A stretch of DNA of 64,000 bases, taken from Ruditapes philippinarum (Eukaryota). The stretch covers positions 186,001-250,000 of the forward strand of contig NW_026854585.1 of NCBI RefSeq assembly GCF_026571515.1, given 5' to 3'. Within the stretch, counting starts at the first letter, position 1. Each line of letters starts with the position of its first letter. Position numbers and translations under genes: made by a program. The notes under the pieces are model-generated. The model was given only the letters and a program-made list of their open reading frames with translations, made no database searches and was not told the DNA's origin. Below, in pieces: positions 12,801-26,556 of this stretch.

Positions 12801-15800
12801 CTTATAATATAAATATAGATTTATTAACCAAACGTCCATCAGTATCAATATAAATACCAATATCGTAAACAAGTGAAGTGGCAGAATATGGCTGACACTA
12901 AAATCTTCTCACAAGATCCGGTTGGGGTTCAAATCGTTTATATACTGTGCACAGGGTAATCGTATAAGACTGACTAAATTCGGCAACATTCATATAGAGA
13001 AAGGAACTTATTGTAGATATGTTCTAGTAATTTAATGACAAACATTCTCGTCGAAGGATAATTCGTTCTATAAAATGTACATTGATCTTAAGATTCAAAT
13101 GCCGATAAACAACACAATTTGTTGGGGAATAGTTGGTTAAAATTATTGTTGTGATATCAAATATACCTTCAATGTGTTCATTCTCTGTGGCATTCATTTT
13201 GGCCACGGAGTATCCAAATAAAACCCTACATATTGTACGCAGATACCTTAAAATTTATGAGTGCTACTTGCCGATAATTCCGATTGTGGTTGCATATTGA
13301 ATTAGATTTGAATTAGACAAATCCGTTTTAAACAAATTACAAAAGCAATAAGCGAAGAAAAATTCAGTCAATCTGATTAGTTGTTCTTCTAAATTAACTC
13401 AGTCTGAAAGCCATTTCCTCTGATGGGATTTTGTTAAGAATCGACCGAAAGGCGTTAGTGTTAAGCTGTAAATCTCAGAATAAAAAATTGAATTGAAATA
13501 TAACTTATACGCCTTGCAACATATTTATTTGTGTATAAAATGCAACGGTTTCTAGTTACAAGAGGAAGCAAAGAATGAATCATGATAAGAAATAACGATG
13601 CTGAGTTTATCTTCAGACATATAAGGATGGGAATAATTACGGTGCCATAAGTTTTATTTTTAATGGGAAGTATAAAATCAAGTGCACACTAATTTGTCAT
13701 TGCTTTTCATTGTTCAAGCTGCAAATTCATCTCTATGTTTCTGGTCCTATAAATAAAGATAGATATTCCCTATAATATAATCTATTTCTGTAACTTCTTT
13801 TGAAATCAAATTCATTTATAGAGTTTTGTATAACAATCAAAGAGTGTGTCGTTTAAATGAACATGTAAAATTTATTTTCCGATTCGTTGTCAGTATTCTA
13901 CATACAAATAGGCTACACCTATTGGATTATTTTAGGCAGCCAAGTCGATACATAATCAACTAAGAACGACAAACAAATTACCATAATCATTACATTTGAT
14001 TAAATTGCTTTTTAAGTTGGATTTGTTTCTTTTTGGTTTTATTTTTATTTATTTAAATCATATTTATAATTGTATTTCTCTCTTGTGAAAACAGTTGACA
14101 GCATGAAATTATACATTTAAAATGTCAGCAATCAAATGACTATATTTTTCTAAGTATTTACACAGAAAAAATACTAAGAAAATGCACCCAAGACACATTC
14201 TGCATACATTTGTCATTAGTGTACTCTGATTCTTTAAAATACAGTCTTGCAATTTTATAATTATCTATACCAATAATGTGTTGTACATCCGAACACTACA
14301 AAATAGAAATACTCCTAAGAATGTTGTTAATTTCTCCGCTTGTTACCTACCAAACAGTCTATATAAAACATCTGAGATGACAATGGAAATAAATGAGGTC
14401 ATGTTTCATTGTGTATGACTGTTAAGTTATGGCCAATCCCAGATTAATAAAATAAGACATTTATTGACAAGCTTGTTAATAATCATTAATTCTCACTTAA
14501 ACAAAGAAAAATCAGATGGCTTCTCTAGGAAAGTTCAAAGATCAAAAAGGTGAAAACTGCAGACGTGGTTTGATTGAGTGTCTTTATGAGAGAACATCTC
14601 TCATGTCCCTAAAGACCGGATTAAACAGCATTCAATCTTTAACGGTATTAGATATCGGAATCAATGACCCCAAAGGATTAGAAAGGTATAACAATACTGA
14701 GATATAATACTATGTTACACAACGTTTTTCAAGTAACCGTTTGCACAATGTACTTATCGCTTTAAAACAAATCAATGTAGTTCTACATAAAATTCATTGC
14801 TCAAAATGAGATACTTCTAGAATATACAATAATATTCAAATATAATTAATCAGATTTACATATTTCATAAAAGTCTTCAATATGGAGATCCCCAAGAGCA
14901 ATGAAAACAAAGTAATCAGTAAAACCTTCAGATTACGTCTGATCAAATCTATTTGTTAGCAGTCCTTGAAAAGGGAGTACTATCAGATATTCCGAAAAAG
15001 ATATTTCTTCAGACAGATAGGCGTTCAGTTGGTAATTGTTATATTAAAATCAAATTTTGCAGGAAGGAAAACGTCTTCTTTCCGTGCCATACGTGTAACC
15101 AATGCTAATACTATACATAGCTTTTGAGTTTTAGACGGGAAAAAACATTTAATTTAGAAACTTAAAATTTAGCAAGGAAATTGAATCAGGAAACATAGGC
15201 GCCGTTCATCATTTTAAATCAGCGTAACATTCGAAAACTGTCATAAACAATCATGTTAAAACTGTAACTAGTTCATATTCATATTTTAATAGATTCTATA
15301 TATAATATTTTAATGTTTATTCTTATGTAATAGCATGTAAAGATACATGTAATACGTTTAATTGAATTAATGTACAAATAAAATGTTGAATTTCTTTCTC
15401 TGAAATGTTACTCTCTTTAAAATGTAAATTAATTGGGTTTTATAATGAAATAAAAAAAACTTCAGTCAGTAAAAATAATTTCATAATAAAATGATATTAA
15501 TGATAATTATTCTTTTTGATTATCATCAATTCACAGCAGCCGTCGTCGTCAACATCATCATCATTATTTTCTAATTATAGAAAAAAGGATAGAATAAGTG
15601 CATTGATAATTACTCAGAACTGTTTCCTTCTTGTTACAATTATAGTGATTCCCGAATCCGCAAATATGTCAAGGACAATATTAAATATGGCCTTAGATGG
15701 ATTTCACAATATAAGGTTATGATCAAAGATGATATGTTTATTTCGGTGAACTTTATCATATAATTTCATAAGATATTGTCAATATTGTCTCTTGAATTTA

Positions 15801-18800
15801 TTGTAAAGAAAGTTTAATTTTCTAAAGGATGGTCCAATGGTAATATATTTACGCTGACATATTTGAACATCTTTTCGCTACGGTTAACAAAATAAAAGTT
15901 GATTCTAATACGTTTTCCGTTTCAAAACTGCCGGCATGTTTTCTTATAAATGTCACAAAGAACGAAGCAAAAGCTATTCATCAAAAACAACATTCTGTCT
16001 ACAGATTCTTCAAAAACAAAAAGATGTGGTATTTTCTCCCGTGATACATCAACAAAGTTACACTAAGTTGACGCAAATAATAAATAATGGCACTCCAATG
16101 TAGACAGAAAACAGAATTGTCGGCAAAAATATTTCCAACTTAGGATTTGCATAGACTAGGTGATGTTTGAAGGAAAATGTGAAACTAACATGCATGCATC
16201 GATAAATTAAGTCAGATTTTGTAGATGTTTGTTTGAGTTCAAACGTTAACTGGATTACAGCCATTTATTTTGTGTATAAAGAAGTGCAATTATCTTGCAA
16301 TTAAAACTTGCTGTACGTTAGTTATTACATAGTGCTAAGCATTTGCATTGCGCATTATTTAAAATAAAAACGTCAACATGGAAGTTGTCAAAAAAATGTT
16401 ATCCGACGCAAAATCAAATGACAATGATTCTGCTTATTTAAAATGACCGAAGTAAACGGAGTACAAAAATCCGACAATATAAGCACATACCCTGAATGAT
16501 AGCCATTCTGTAACGTCTGGTTGAAATGCCTGAAGAAATGTCGAAGTAACTATACACCAAGCACCCGCACGCCTTTCCTTATCAACAATAGATAGGAAAA
16601 CATAATAGCATCTTATTAAAAATGTGTTTTCCATTTATTATTTAATATTATCATGTATATTGGTATCTTAATATGTACCAACTTATTCATGTTTGAAATA
16701 TTCTAATCTGTTATCAAATAGTAATTAATATAAATAAAGGAACATTCTATAATCCTTTGAAAATTATGCACGTGCTCGTTTTTGTGCAAGCTTAATTACT
16801 AAAATGTACTTTGTTTCCACGAGATAAAATACGATTTTCCTCATTGTATCTCTGTCATGTCTGTGTAATCAACTGCTGGATGTTGTTAATCAATTATATT
16901 GAATCATACGCAATTCGAATGGCAATTACACAATATCACAAGCAATGCTTATAAAGGAATTTTCTGCTAATGATATCAAGTGCACTGGAAGTGTAACACA
17001 CTTTACTGGAAGTGTAACACACTTTCGGAATTGGGGAAAATGGAAGTTGTGACATGATCAGATAGGTATCACGTCGAACTAGTATCTAAGGTATGCGGAC
17101 CGGATTTATTCAAATCGCGTCAAGGGCAAGACATTGTTACATTGCGCAAGATACTTAACAGCTCATTACTTAGCGCTAGATTATTCCAGGAACAGATGCG
17201 AGAGTGTTTCTATCAGCTTATTCACAATCCTGTATAGACTAAATCAAACTCTTTACTTATTTCCTTCAGAAATATGACAGAAAAATTATACTTAAAAAAA
17301 CAAGTGAACAAAAAAAGACTTTATGATTTTGTATGAGAGAATATGAATCTCAAAACGTCCATTCTGCTCTTTGACAGTTAGTAAAAGTTCCCATAGAAAA
17401 TTGATTTTATGTAGTTACAGTTTTTTTATTGTAATAATCGAAAGCAAGTAAACCTTATAAGTATCTACCCTTGTTCAGCTATTTCGTCAACGTTTTATAC
17501 ACATGCTAATCTTATGATAAGTTGCGTTAAAACAATTTTCACAGTTACTACCAATTTCGTTATATTGATAACTCCAATCTGGGTTTCCATTCTCTTGCTG
17601 ACAGTTTATCTACCAGAATTCCATCACGATTATTGTATGTGATAGATGGCGTCGAATGTTCCTACATTGCTTTATGTCTGTGAATATGAAAGTTCCCTTT
17701 TGAGTTATTTTGACATAGAATGTGGTATTTTGTTTGCATTATTGGAAATGATTATTAAACAATATGACCTTTGGGAATGGTTTGTTTTGGCTCGATATTT
17801 CATACATATATTGTAGATAAAATCGGATGTGCGTTTTCCAATTGTTTAGTACCGAAAGATAATATATTTGCAAACAGTTTCAAACGGGTATGTGCAGATT
17901 ATCGGGCATATCTTGTGTAGTGAATTTAAATTAGATGTTTATCTCCTTCAGCTAAAATTAACAGTATTATTTTGACAAAATATCCATCATTTCGCTCAAG
18001 GAATCAAGCTTGATTCATGTATCTCATGTGTCTAATAGATATTTCAAATAGTCAATGCAAATGTGTGTTGATAAATTGCAGTGATCGAAGTTTCTGCTAT
18101 ATTGTACCTGAATTGTAAATGCCTTTTGTCATTGACCATAACTAGAAGTACGACACATTTATCTAATCAATTTGATTTAAAGCGGTAATTATACCATACA
18201 TATGCAACAGTATAAGGTAAAACTTTAGACCAAACTGTACATCCGTGCGGATGTATTTTTATGATCTTTCTACTGCTGGTTACTTTGAAATTTCTTGAGA
18301 AAACTTTGTATCAATTATTTGAAATGAATAAGGTTCGAATATCATGACTTGAAGCAATTGTTCACGTTTCTGTAGTGAACATTTTTCTTTTCAATTTAAA
18401 AACGGCCGAACAGACCGCCTTGACTTGATTCACACAACTGGGAATCTTTCAATATTTGGAATATATGGGATAGGGTCAATAATTTTGTAGTTTGTTTTCT
18501 CAGTGTGAAAAATAGGTTGCCGCTCGCCAAATTGTTATAACCATTATTTTCATTGTCAACATCATTACGTTCACTGTCAATTTTAGCAGAGATGAACTAC
18601 AACTGAAAATATTGACATTAAAGTCTAGGTTTGTTCCTGGAAGTAGCAAAGAAATTTAACTAATTAAGGACAACGGTGTTTGTATGAAAGATATTCTGCA
18701 ATTGTCACTTCGTAATATTAAATGTTTATCTTCTCCAGAAAACATTGGCTGTCCTAGAGGCAATTACTCAATTTTAAATAAAAGCTGCATTTGGTGAATT

Positions 18801-20700
18801 TGATTTCAGATGGCAAATGAAATATGACTCCAAATTGTTTATCTTTTACTGTTAATGAGTTACAAATAGTCCATGTTATTAGAAAATTAAAAATACATAT
18901 TTTTTAGAATGAAATAACAAGTAATTATATCAAATTTTTAAACCTAAAGTACAACTTAGTATGACCCTCCTTTATCTTGCATTACTGTATGAATAAAGTT
19001 CTTAATTTCAATCCGTTGTAAAAAGCCACATTTTTTTCTATGTTTAATTGATCTATCTAAGTTAAAAGCGAAAAAATGTCTACAAGTGTCAGTAGGAAAC
19101 AGCAAGTTACAGTTCCATAGAAAGTATCGATTTATAATTTTAAAGTTTTACCAATTTATTTTTTCACTGAAATTTTAAATTATATGTTTATTCATAAATG
19201 ACTTTCCGTCAGTTGTATACTGTATATAAGAGTTGTTTTTACTTTTTCTTCAGATTCTTCTGTTTTACGAATAAGCGTGAATTGCAATAACAACCTTGTT
19301 TGTTCTGCATTATCGGAAATATTTACTTAGAGTTTGGTCCTTTAGGAATAATGAATATATCATGCTCGATAATAATTCATCTTGTATATTATGCACATAC
19401 AAATGGAGAATAACTATCTTCAGCATCGTTTGCAAATAAACTCTATGAAGAAGAAGTAAGAATCGCGTTTGATGGGCATTTCTTAATATCTTTTCCCCCT
19501 TTCGACACATTTATTAGAATGTTACTATGTAGACCGGTACAAACAAATAAGTTTATATAGTGTGTATATTCCATAAAACTCGTCAGTATCTCTTTAATTG
19601 ACAGTTCTGTTTAATCAGTTCCTCCGCAATGAGGACAATAGCATCGTTTATCAAGCGGGATATTTATTTTGAGGAGGATGCCGTATTTACGTCACAAATA
19701 CCATTATAATACACTATAAGATAATTTTCGTTATAAAGAAACATGCGTCAATTACAACATGTAATTCTCTTAAAATAGTTATTTATATTAAACAAGTATA
19801 GTTTTGGAATGCGATAGGTCTAAATGTATTAAACCAAGAAGAAGAATTTATAAGTCAACAAAGGTTCCAAGATAACCACGAGTGACAATCTGTAGTTTTA
19901 AAAACAAGATAGGTCATAATCACATCTTTAAATATCATTTTTCGGGGGTTATGCTTGCATTGATTGCAGACATTGTGTGATCTAAACCACTTCGAACGCT
20001 TATCAGTGATAATATTTTGCCTCTGTTATCATTCATCCTTCACATATAGTTTGATCATTGGTGCCCGCACTATTAAGTGTTGAGAATTGAATACCGCTCA
20101 AGCCGGTGCTAGGGTGCGTGAAGGATGTTGCACGTATTCATTATCTTATGTACAGACTCAATCAAACGGAGTCTGCAATTCTCTTGTTATTTTGTTGTGA
20201 TTAATGCTTCCGAGGGATCACTTTGTTTCCAGATTTTTGAAATTACTCTAAACAGGTGACATTTCCTTTCGTGAACATCCGACTAATTGGTTTCCAGAAT
20301 TTCCATTCTGTCGGTTTCTTCATCTTAGTATTTGATTTTCGAATGTATATTGGTAGTTCTAACTACAAAATAAGATCAGCTACACTACACACAGTGAGCG
20401 AGTAAAAGATTTATGGTGCCTTGTAATTTCCTAGTAATTATTGTCTCAGCATCCTTGAAAATGACGCGTGGCGACCCTCATATTCTAAATTTAAGTAATT
20501 GAAATTGAAACAGCAATACGTTAAGAGGTCGTTCACTGTGGAAATTAACCGTGAAGTCGACAACCTTATTATTTGAAAGATATGTGAAACTTGTCTCTTT
20601 AATTTGGCGATTTTAAAAGCAAGAATTGTGAAACTACTTTGTCTAACTTATATTTTGAACTTTCAAATGTCTTGCATTGTAACAGTTGTAAGTTTCTGTA
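9812..20700 (+). repeat. Non-coding tandem segmental duplication, unit 2
   Basis: Direct collinear copy of unit 1. It carries a 1.9-kb TIR insertion and a ~185-bp segment absent from unit 1, and lacks the unit-1 SINE. The right edge is fuzzy. Confidence 0.92.
11027..12949. mobile_element. Non-autonomous DNA transposon with 46-bp perfect TIRs
   Basis: CACAGTATATAAACGATTTGAACCCCAACCGGATCTTGTGAGAAGA at 11027, with its exact reverse complement ending at 12949. Absent from the paralogous site in unit 1 (~1212). No transposase ORF. Confidence 0.92.
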
Positions 20701-21869
20701 ATATTGAACCAATTTCCTTTTCAAAATGCGCTTGTTTTTAAAGAAAACTCTTCTGCAACCAACATGCTGTTCATCTAAATAGAGTTTACTCAGAACAATA
20801 TACTTTGTTTCCGATACATGATGAAAATTGTTATTGTCATTTTGCTTAATCAACTGTAGATTCTTGGAAATCAGCTTTATTGAATCATTTGCAATTTAGA
20901 ACGCGAGTAATTTTAACTTAATTGTCAGATCTTTCATTTACACGTGTCTCGTGGAGATTGAAAGAAGATTATTCTAATTAAGAACAACAATGATTCAATC
21001 AAACTGTATAGTAAGGCTTTATTAGTTTGATTATTTGAAATTCAATTGAATCTGAAAAGGTTTAGTGCAGTGAAAGTCGTTTTTTTTTCAAGAAGAAAAT
21101 AAAGTAGGTGAATATAAATAATTATATTTAATTGACAGCCTTGTATCTCAATAAACTATTATTTTGGAAATGTTCTATGGTTAACAAAAAACAAACATAT
21201 TATCATATTGTCAAGGACGCAGGCCTCCAAGCAACACTTAATTAATTGACTTTTTGTTTTGTATAAAAGTACAAGATATTTTTGTCAACATATTAATTTC
21301 CGTTTCATTGTTTCTCACAAAATATCCCATAATATCAATTAGAAAAAAACAACAACAAATCAATGATATGAAAACCATATAAAGATATCGATTCTGATAA
21401 ATAGTTACGCTGAGGGACAAACTAAGTAGAACTATTATAACTATCGCTTTTGCAAGAAAAACATGATAAGAGAGTTTATTTAGATACATGTACATACGAG
21501 TACGTATGGGTTTGCGTTTTGTTGTACAGTTATCTTTTACGTAAAATTTATTCTTAGAGTGATAACAATGTATGTTTTCCACGAATGGGAGTAACTGCAA
21601 ATTTATTACAAGATACTTTCCTCAGTTTCATTTTGTTTTGTTTAATTGAATTGCCGTCTGCTTTCATTAATTTTAGTTTAAAAAATTTCTACATTCCTGG
21701 ACAATTAAATAAGTCCTCGACAATTAAATCTAAATCTTCCAATGTCTTTCCATTGTATCTATAACATTTATGGTTTTAGTTTATTTAACTAAATTGTCGT
21801 CTGCTTTCATCAAAGAAATAATTAAATGTTAATCTGTCATTTCACGTCATCTTGAAAAGAACATGGTTT

Positions 21870-22124
21870 AGAATGGCACTTATGTGTCACATTGAAGGTT
21901 CCATGATAACCGTCATATGAACACATCTGCGGATGTTTCAAAATTCCAAATTGTACTAGTTCGTGTAAAATGTTGAATTCTGCTTAAGCCGGTGTTAGGG
22001 GGCGTGGACGGTAACTTGCACTTTCCAGTACTGTCCATGAACAGGCTCAATCAAACCGAGCCTGCAACATTTTCAATTTTGCCGTGTTGGGCTTTCTTTA
22101 GGGGTTCTGTTTTTCTCTATTTTT
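21870..22124. repeat. Copy of the ancient MITE-like family (one end)
   Basis: GTGTCACATTGAAGGTTCCATGATAACCG...AAGCCGGTGTTAGG...CCTGCAACATTT is shared with 35564-35800. Partial copies lie at 20085-20200 and, inverted, at ~3010-3150 and ~14502-14642. Confidence 0.75.
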
Positions 22125-25100
22125 TAGAGAAGAAGTCTTATAAAATAACTTTATTTCAAATCCTCGCGAGCTTTTTTCCCATTTTGTGTACTTTTCAGGC
22201 AATTACGGTGTAAACAATAAATGCATCCGCGTGTTTTTTACCAAGCTTCATAGAAATATTGACATAAGTGTGTTGTTCTAATAGTTTTGAAAAAAAAAAA
22301 ACGCCACATTCATGTTCAAATTTCCTTTTATCGGCTTTATTAATGGGTGTTTTAAGCCTGCTTTATCTTATTTCTGTTTTGTGAATAATATGCATACCAA
22401 TTGATTGCGACAATAACCATCTTTTTATTTGTTTGCATTATCGGAAATTTATATTTACTTAGTATTTGGCCCATTTGGAGTAGGATGTATATTTATTGCT
22501 CGATAATGTATCATTATGTTGACACTACAGGCACAATTTGAGTATAAATTTTCCAACAACATTTGCAAATAAATGCTATCTGTCGACTATGATCTTTGCA
22601 ATGATCGGAGATTTGATATTTAATAAGGTTACTTAAAATGTATTGATTTATCTTTTTATCGTTGTTAATTTGTCAAATTTGATACAGTATATTTTCTGCA
22701 TAGCAACACCTTTTTGAGAGACAAAGACTCTGAACATTGCGAAAGGCTTTGAGATATTGAAATTCATGTGTATTCTTAGTTTCAAACACATTACAAGATA
22801 TTCTAGAAAAATAATATAAGATAATGATCCGAATGTTTGCACACACTTCATCAATTAAGACCTCCATCAAATATTTTGAATTTTGAATTATCGAAAAGTA
22901 TTTCCAGTCACTAAATGTCATAAATTCTCTGTTGATTCCCTTTAATTTGCTTTATTCAATTCGACTATTATATAGAACTAACATATCTAATTTATCATCG
23001 AGGATGAAAATCTTAAGAAAATATACATGTATATTAAATCTATCTCATTACTTTTCTCAAATAGCAAAGGACTAATAGGGCTATAAATCTTGATTATTTC
23101 CCATCAGATGTAAATTGCTTTGATTAATTATGTGGAGTATTTCTCTAATGAAAGTTACGTGACAATTAATCAGTCGTCAAGATTAAAGATGAAATTTAGC
23201 TGTAAATGTAATTATCAAATTGATTAGGTCACAATCATGGTATTTTGCTTGTATTATTTTTAATAACTGTTTGACAAAAATACAATTATATGTACGAATT
23301 ACTGGTTGAAAGAGTCAAGAATATGTTCAATATTCATTTCTTAAACATACCAGAAACAAACCTGCCAAATTGACTATTTTTTCGGAGGAGTAAGAATTGA
23401 AAATTTTGTTCAAAATATATTTAGTAAGGTCACTTGGAATAATATAACTGACCATTTTAAACAATAGAAACTATACAAACCTTGTCAAGAATAAAAAAAC
23501 AATTATTATACTTGATAACATTAATATTATGAAAATATTTGACAATTGGATAGAAACAATAATTCACCTATACATTCTATGTCTACAAACATCCTCAAAA
23601 ATATCAGATGTGGTGTTTTGTCTGATCATACATCAAGAATATTACACTAATGTGACGCAAATAATAAATTAATGTCACTCCAGTGTAGACAGATAACAGA
23701 CATTACAGTAAAAGATCTTCAAATTAAGGCTTCACCGGGTCATTGTCAAGCTATATTAAAAAGTAACACATCACAGAAGTAAACAAATACAAATAGATTG
23801 TATACATTGTCTTTTACTAGTCTTTTAAATCAACAAGAAGATCTCATGATTTATTTTGTAATTAATTAGATATAAGAGCTCAGATGCACATTCAAAATAT
23901 TGCATTATATGAAATTTTATTAGGCGTTTGATGAACCGAATTGTAATTGTACTGCAAAATGTTTATGAGAATCGGTTTAGGTAATTTAATGCTACACTTT
24001 TGAATTCAAATGAACGAAATATGTATAGGAAATCTTAATATAAAGTTAAATAGGTATATATGTTGTAACCAATGAACAGATGGCACCAATAGCATGCTTC
24101 ATTGGCCTAGAAAAGGCTTGTGTTTTATTTTCATGTCTGTGTTTTTCTAATTACGTAAAGTTTAGAAAAAAATCTTGATCGGAATTTTATCTTGGATTTT
24201 ATCAGAACCTGTGTTTGGCTTGCAATTACTCTTAATAGGTTTCCACTCTAAAATCGATTTTATTGGCCTGTAGACAATGTGAAATAAAATTCACCGTAAG
24301 ACTTACTTTAAAGTCCATCAAATAAGAAATATCTATGTTTGAGAAATGTTTGAACAATGTCTGAACTAATAAATTGATCAAAACCAGAAATATAACAGTG
24401 TGATAAATATAAATAAAACAACAGGTGTCTCTGAACTTACAATGAACAAATGTAATCCAAGTTAACAAGTTTCCAAAACAAATGTAGACAATACTTAAGT
24501 GTTTAGTGTTGAAGCTAAGAAAAGATGACATCAGAATAGATAGATTTTATAGATAAAAGAATATGTTAATCGTGTTACGGGAAAGACTTTGATGCAAACA
24601 GGTTACAAATGTGACTGATATTTCAAGCGTAACATAGAGGCAACATAGAGGCAACAAGGTCGTTTGCTTGTAGCCAATGCAAACTGTTCTCTGTTGTAAG
24701 CAAATTCAGTGTAATTGGAACAATATACATTTTTTGTAATATCTCTGGAAGACGAAGGTTAGACTAACGAGGTATTATCATCGAGACAATATTATTTGGA
24801 AGCTATGTGATATTTTGTTAGAAAAGGACTTTTTGGCTAATAAATGAAAATTCTAGACGCAGATTAATCGGATAGATCAATGGGAGATTAATCATTTAAG
24901 TTGAAACATATACAATCATGTATTGCTAATTATACCGAATTCTTAGGTAGAAAATTCAGAACGAACACAAATGTTTTGACTAAACTTATCGGGAATCTTA
25001 AAAAAACAAAACCTAAAAATGTGAATATCAGTGTCTTTATAGAATAAAACTGTTCATTGTTTCCACACATGTCTTATATTCTTATATTCCACATAAATGG

Positions 25101-26059
25101 TACCTCAATCATTTTTCAATTATCATCTTTGCAAAGTGTGCAATTTATATACCATTTCCCAGTATGTCATGATCAAACTAGTATTGATGTTTGCAATTAA
25201 TCCATTTATCAAACTTTCATCAGAAAACAAAACAGTTACTGGTTTAGGACTGTCGACATTAAAGTACTTATGTCCCTTTGTGTCCGTATATATAAACATT
25301 TTCTGAAGAACAACTGTAAAAACATTCTGGTATGTTAGCATTGTTCTTAATGATTTATTCCAAAGCAGTCCAGTGGGAATTATTAATAGTTGGCGCAATG
25401 TTTTCTGCTAAGTGTATAGATAAAATCAGACGTAATTTTGCCAAATAGTTGGCAACAAAAGTTTCCAAATGTTACGAGGTATATAATCAATATCATGTGC
25501 TTTGCCAAATTTTTTATGACGAGTTTTTTAATGAGTCGTATTCGTAACTGACTACTTACGTATCTTGTTTAATGAAGTTTACTTTATTTTCTCAGGGTGA
25601 AAAAGAAGTCATCGCCTGGTATATAAAATAGGTTATAGCTTGATGAATATATATTTCTCAAAAACTTTCTATCTCGGATATCTTGTCACTGCTTCCACAC
25701 AATGCCCTTTTGCCATATACGCATGTTTGGCATTTCAAAAGAATCACAACAATTAGACTTCCGCGGCTTGATGTGCTTAAATGACGGTTTATCAATAAGA
25801 ATTGTATTTCCATTAGAAAGATATATTTCTATCGAAATATTTATATGAAATTCATTGACGACACATGATTTTCGTGTAAATTCAAAAAATACCATTATTT
25901 CTCTTTTTCTGCTCAAAATAAATTAACTGTCGTTTTCTGCTTATAAGGCTTGTAATACGTGTGACGCAATGAGACAGAAAAATATTGCATTAGATATTTT
26001 TCATTTCGTTATACGTCTTATCTTTGTCTTCCACGACAAAAGAAGCTCTATTGTTATTG

Positions 26060-26556
26060 ATCAGACAAGGACTCTCCTGTATTGCTGATGCAGCAGATGA
26101 TGCTGACAAGGAATTTCCCATAACAAACAATTAAAACAATTGATTCTGAAAAAGAGTCCCCTATAACAAAAGGGTTAAAACAAATATTGCTGATACGGAA
26201 TTTCACATAACACAAGAAGTTTAAACAATTGATATTGGCAAAGAGGTCACCATCACAAAATTTTAACAAACCTGATTCTGACAAAGAGTTCCCTACAGCA
26301 AAGATTTCACACAATAAGTGCTGACAGTGTGTTACCTATAATAAAAAGGAGGCTTAACCCAAGAATGTTTAACGAATGATAAGACAACTGTAGCTGAAAG
26401 TTCCTAATAACAAACAATTAAAACAACTGATACTGACAAAGACTTCCTAATATAAAATAACTAATACCATTGAAACTGACAACGGCTGGTAAAGTGTTCT
26501 CTAAAAAACGATGGGTTAAAACAATTGTGGCTGACAGAGTTAGCTTTAACAAAAAA
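26060..26556. repeat. Degenerate ~42-44-bp minisatellite
   Basis: ~10 units of (G/T/A)CTGACAAAGAGTTCCCTATAACAAA...TTAAAACAATTGAT. Confidence 0.75.
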
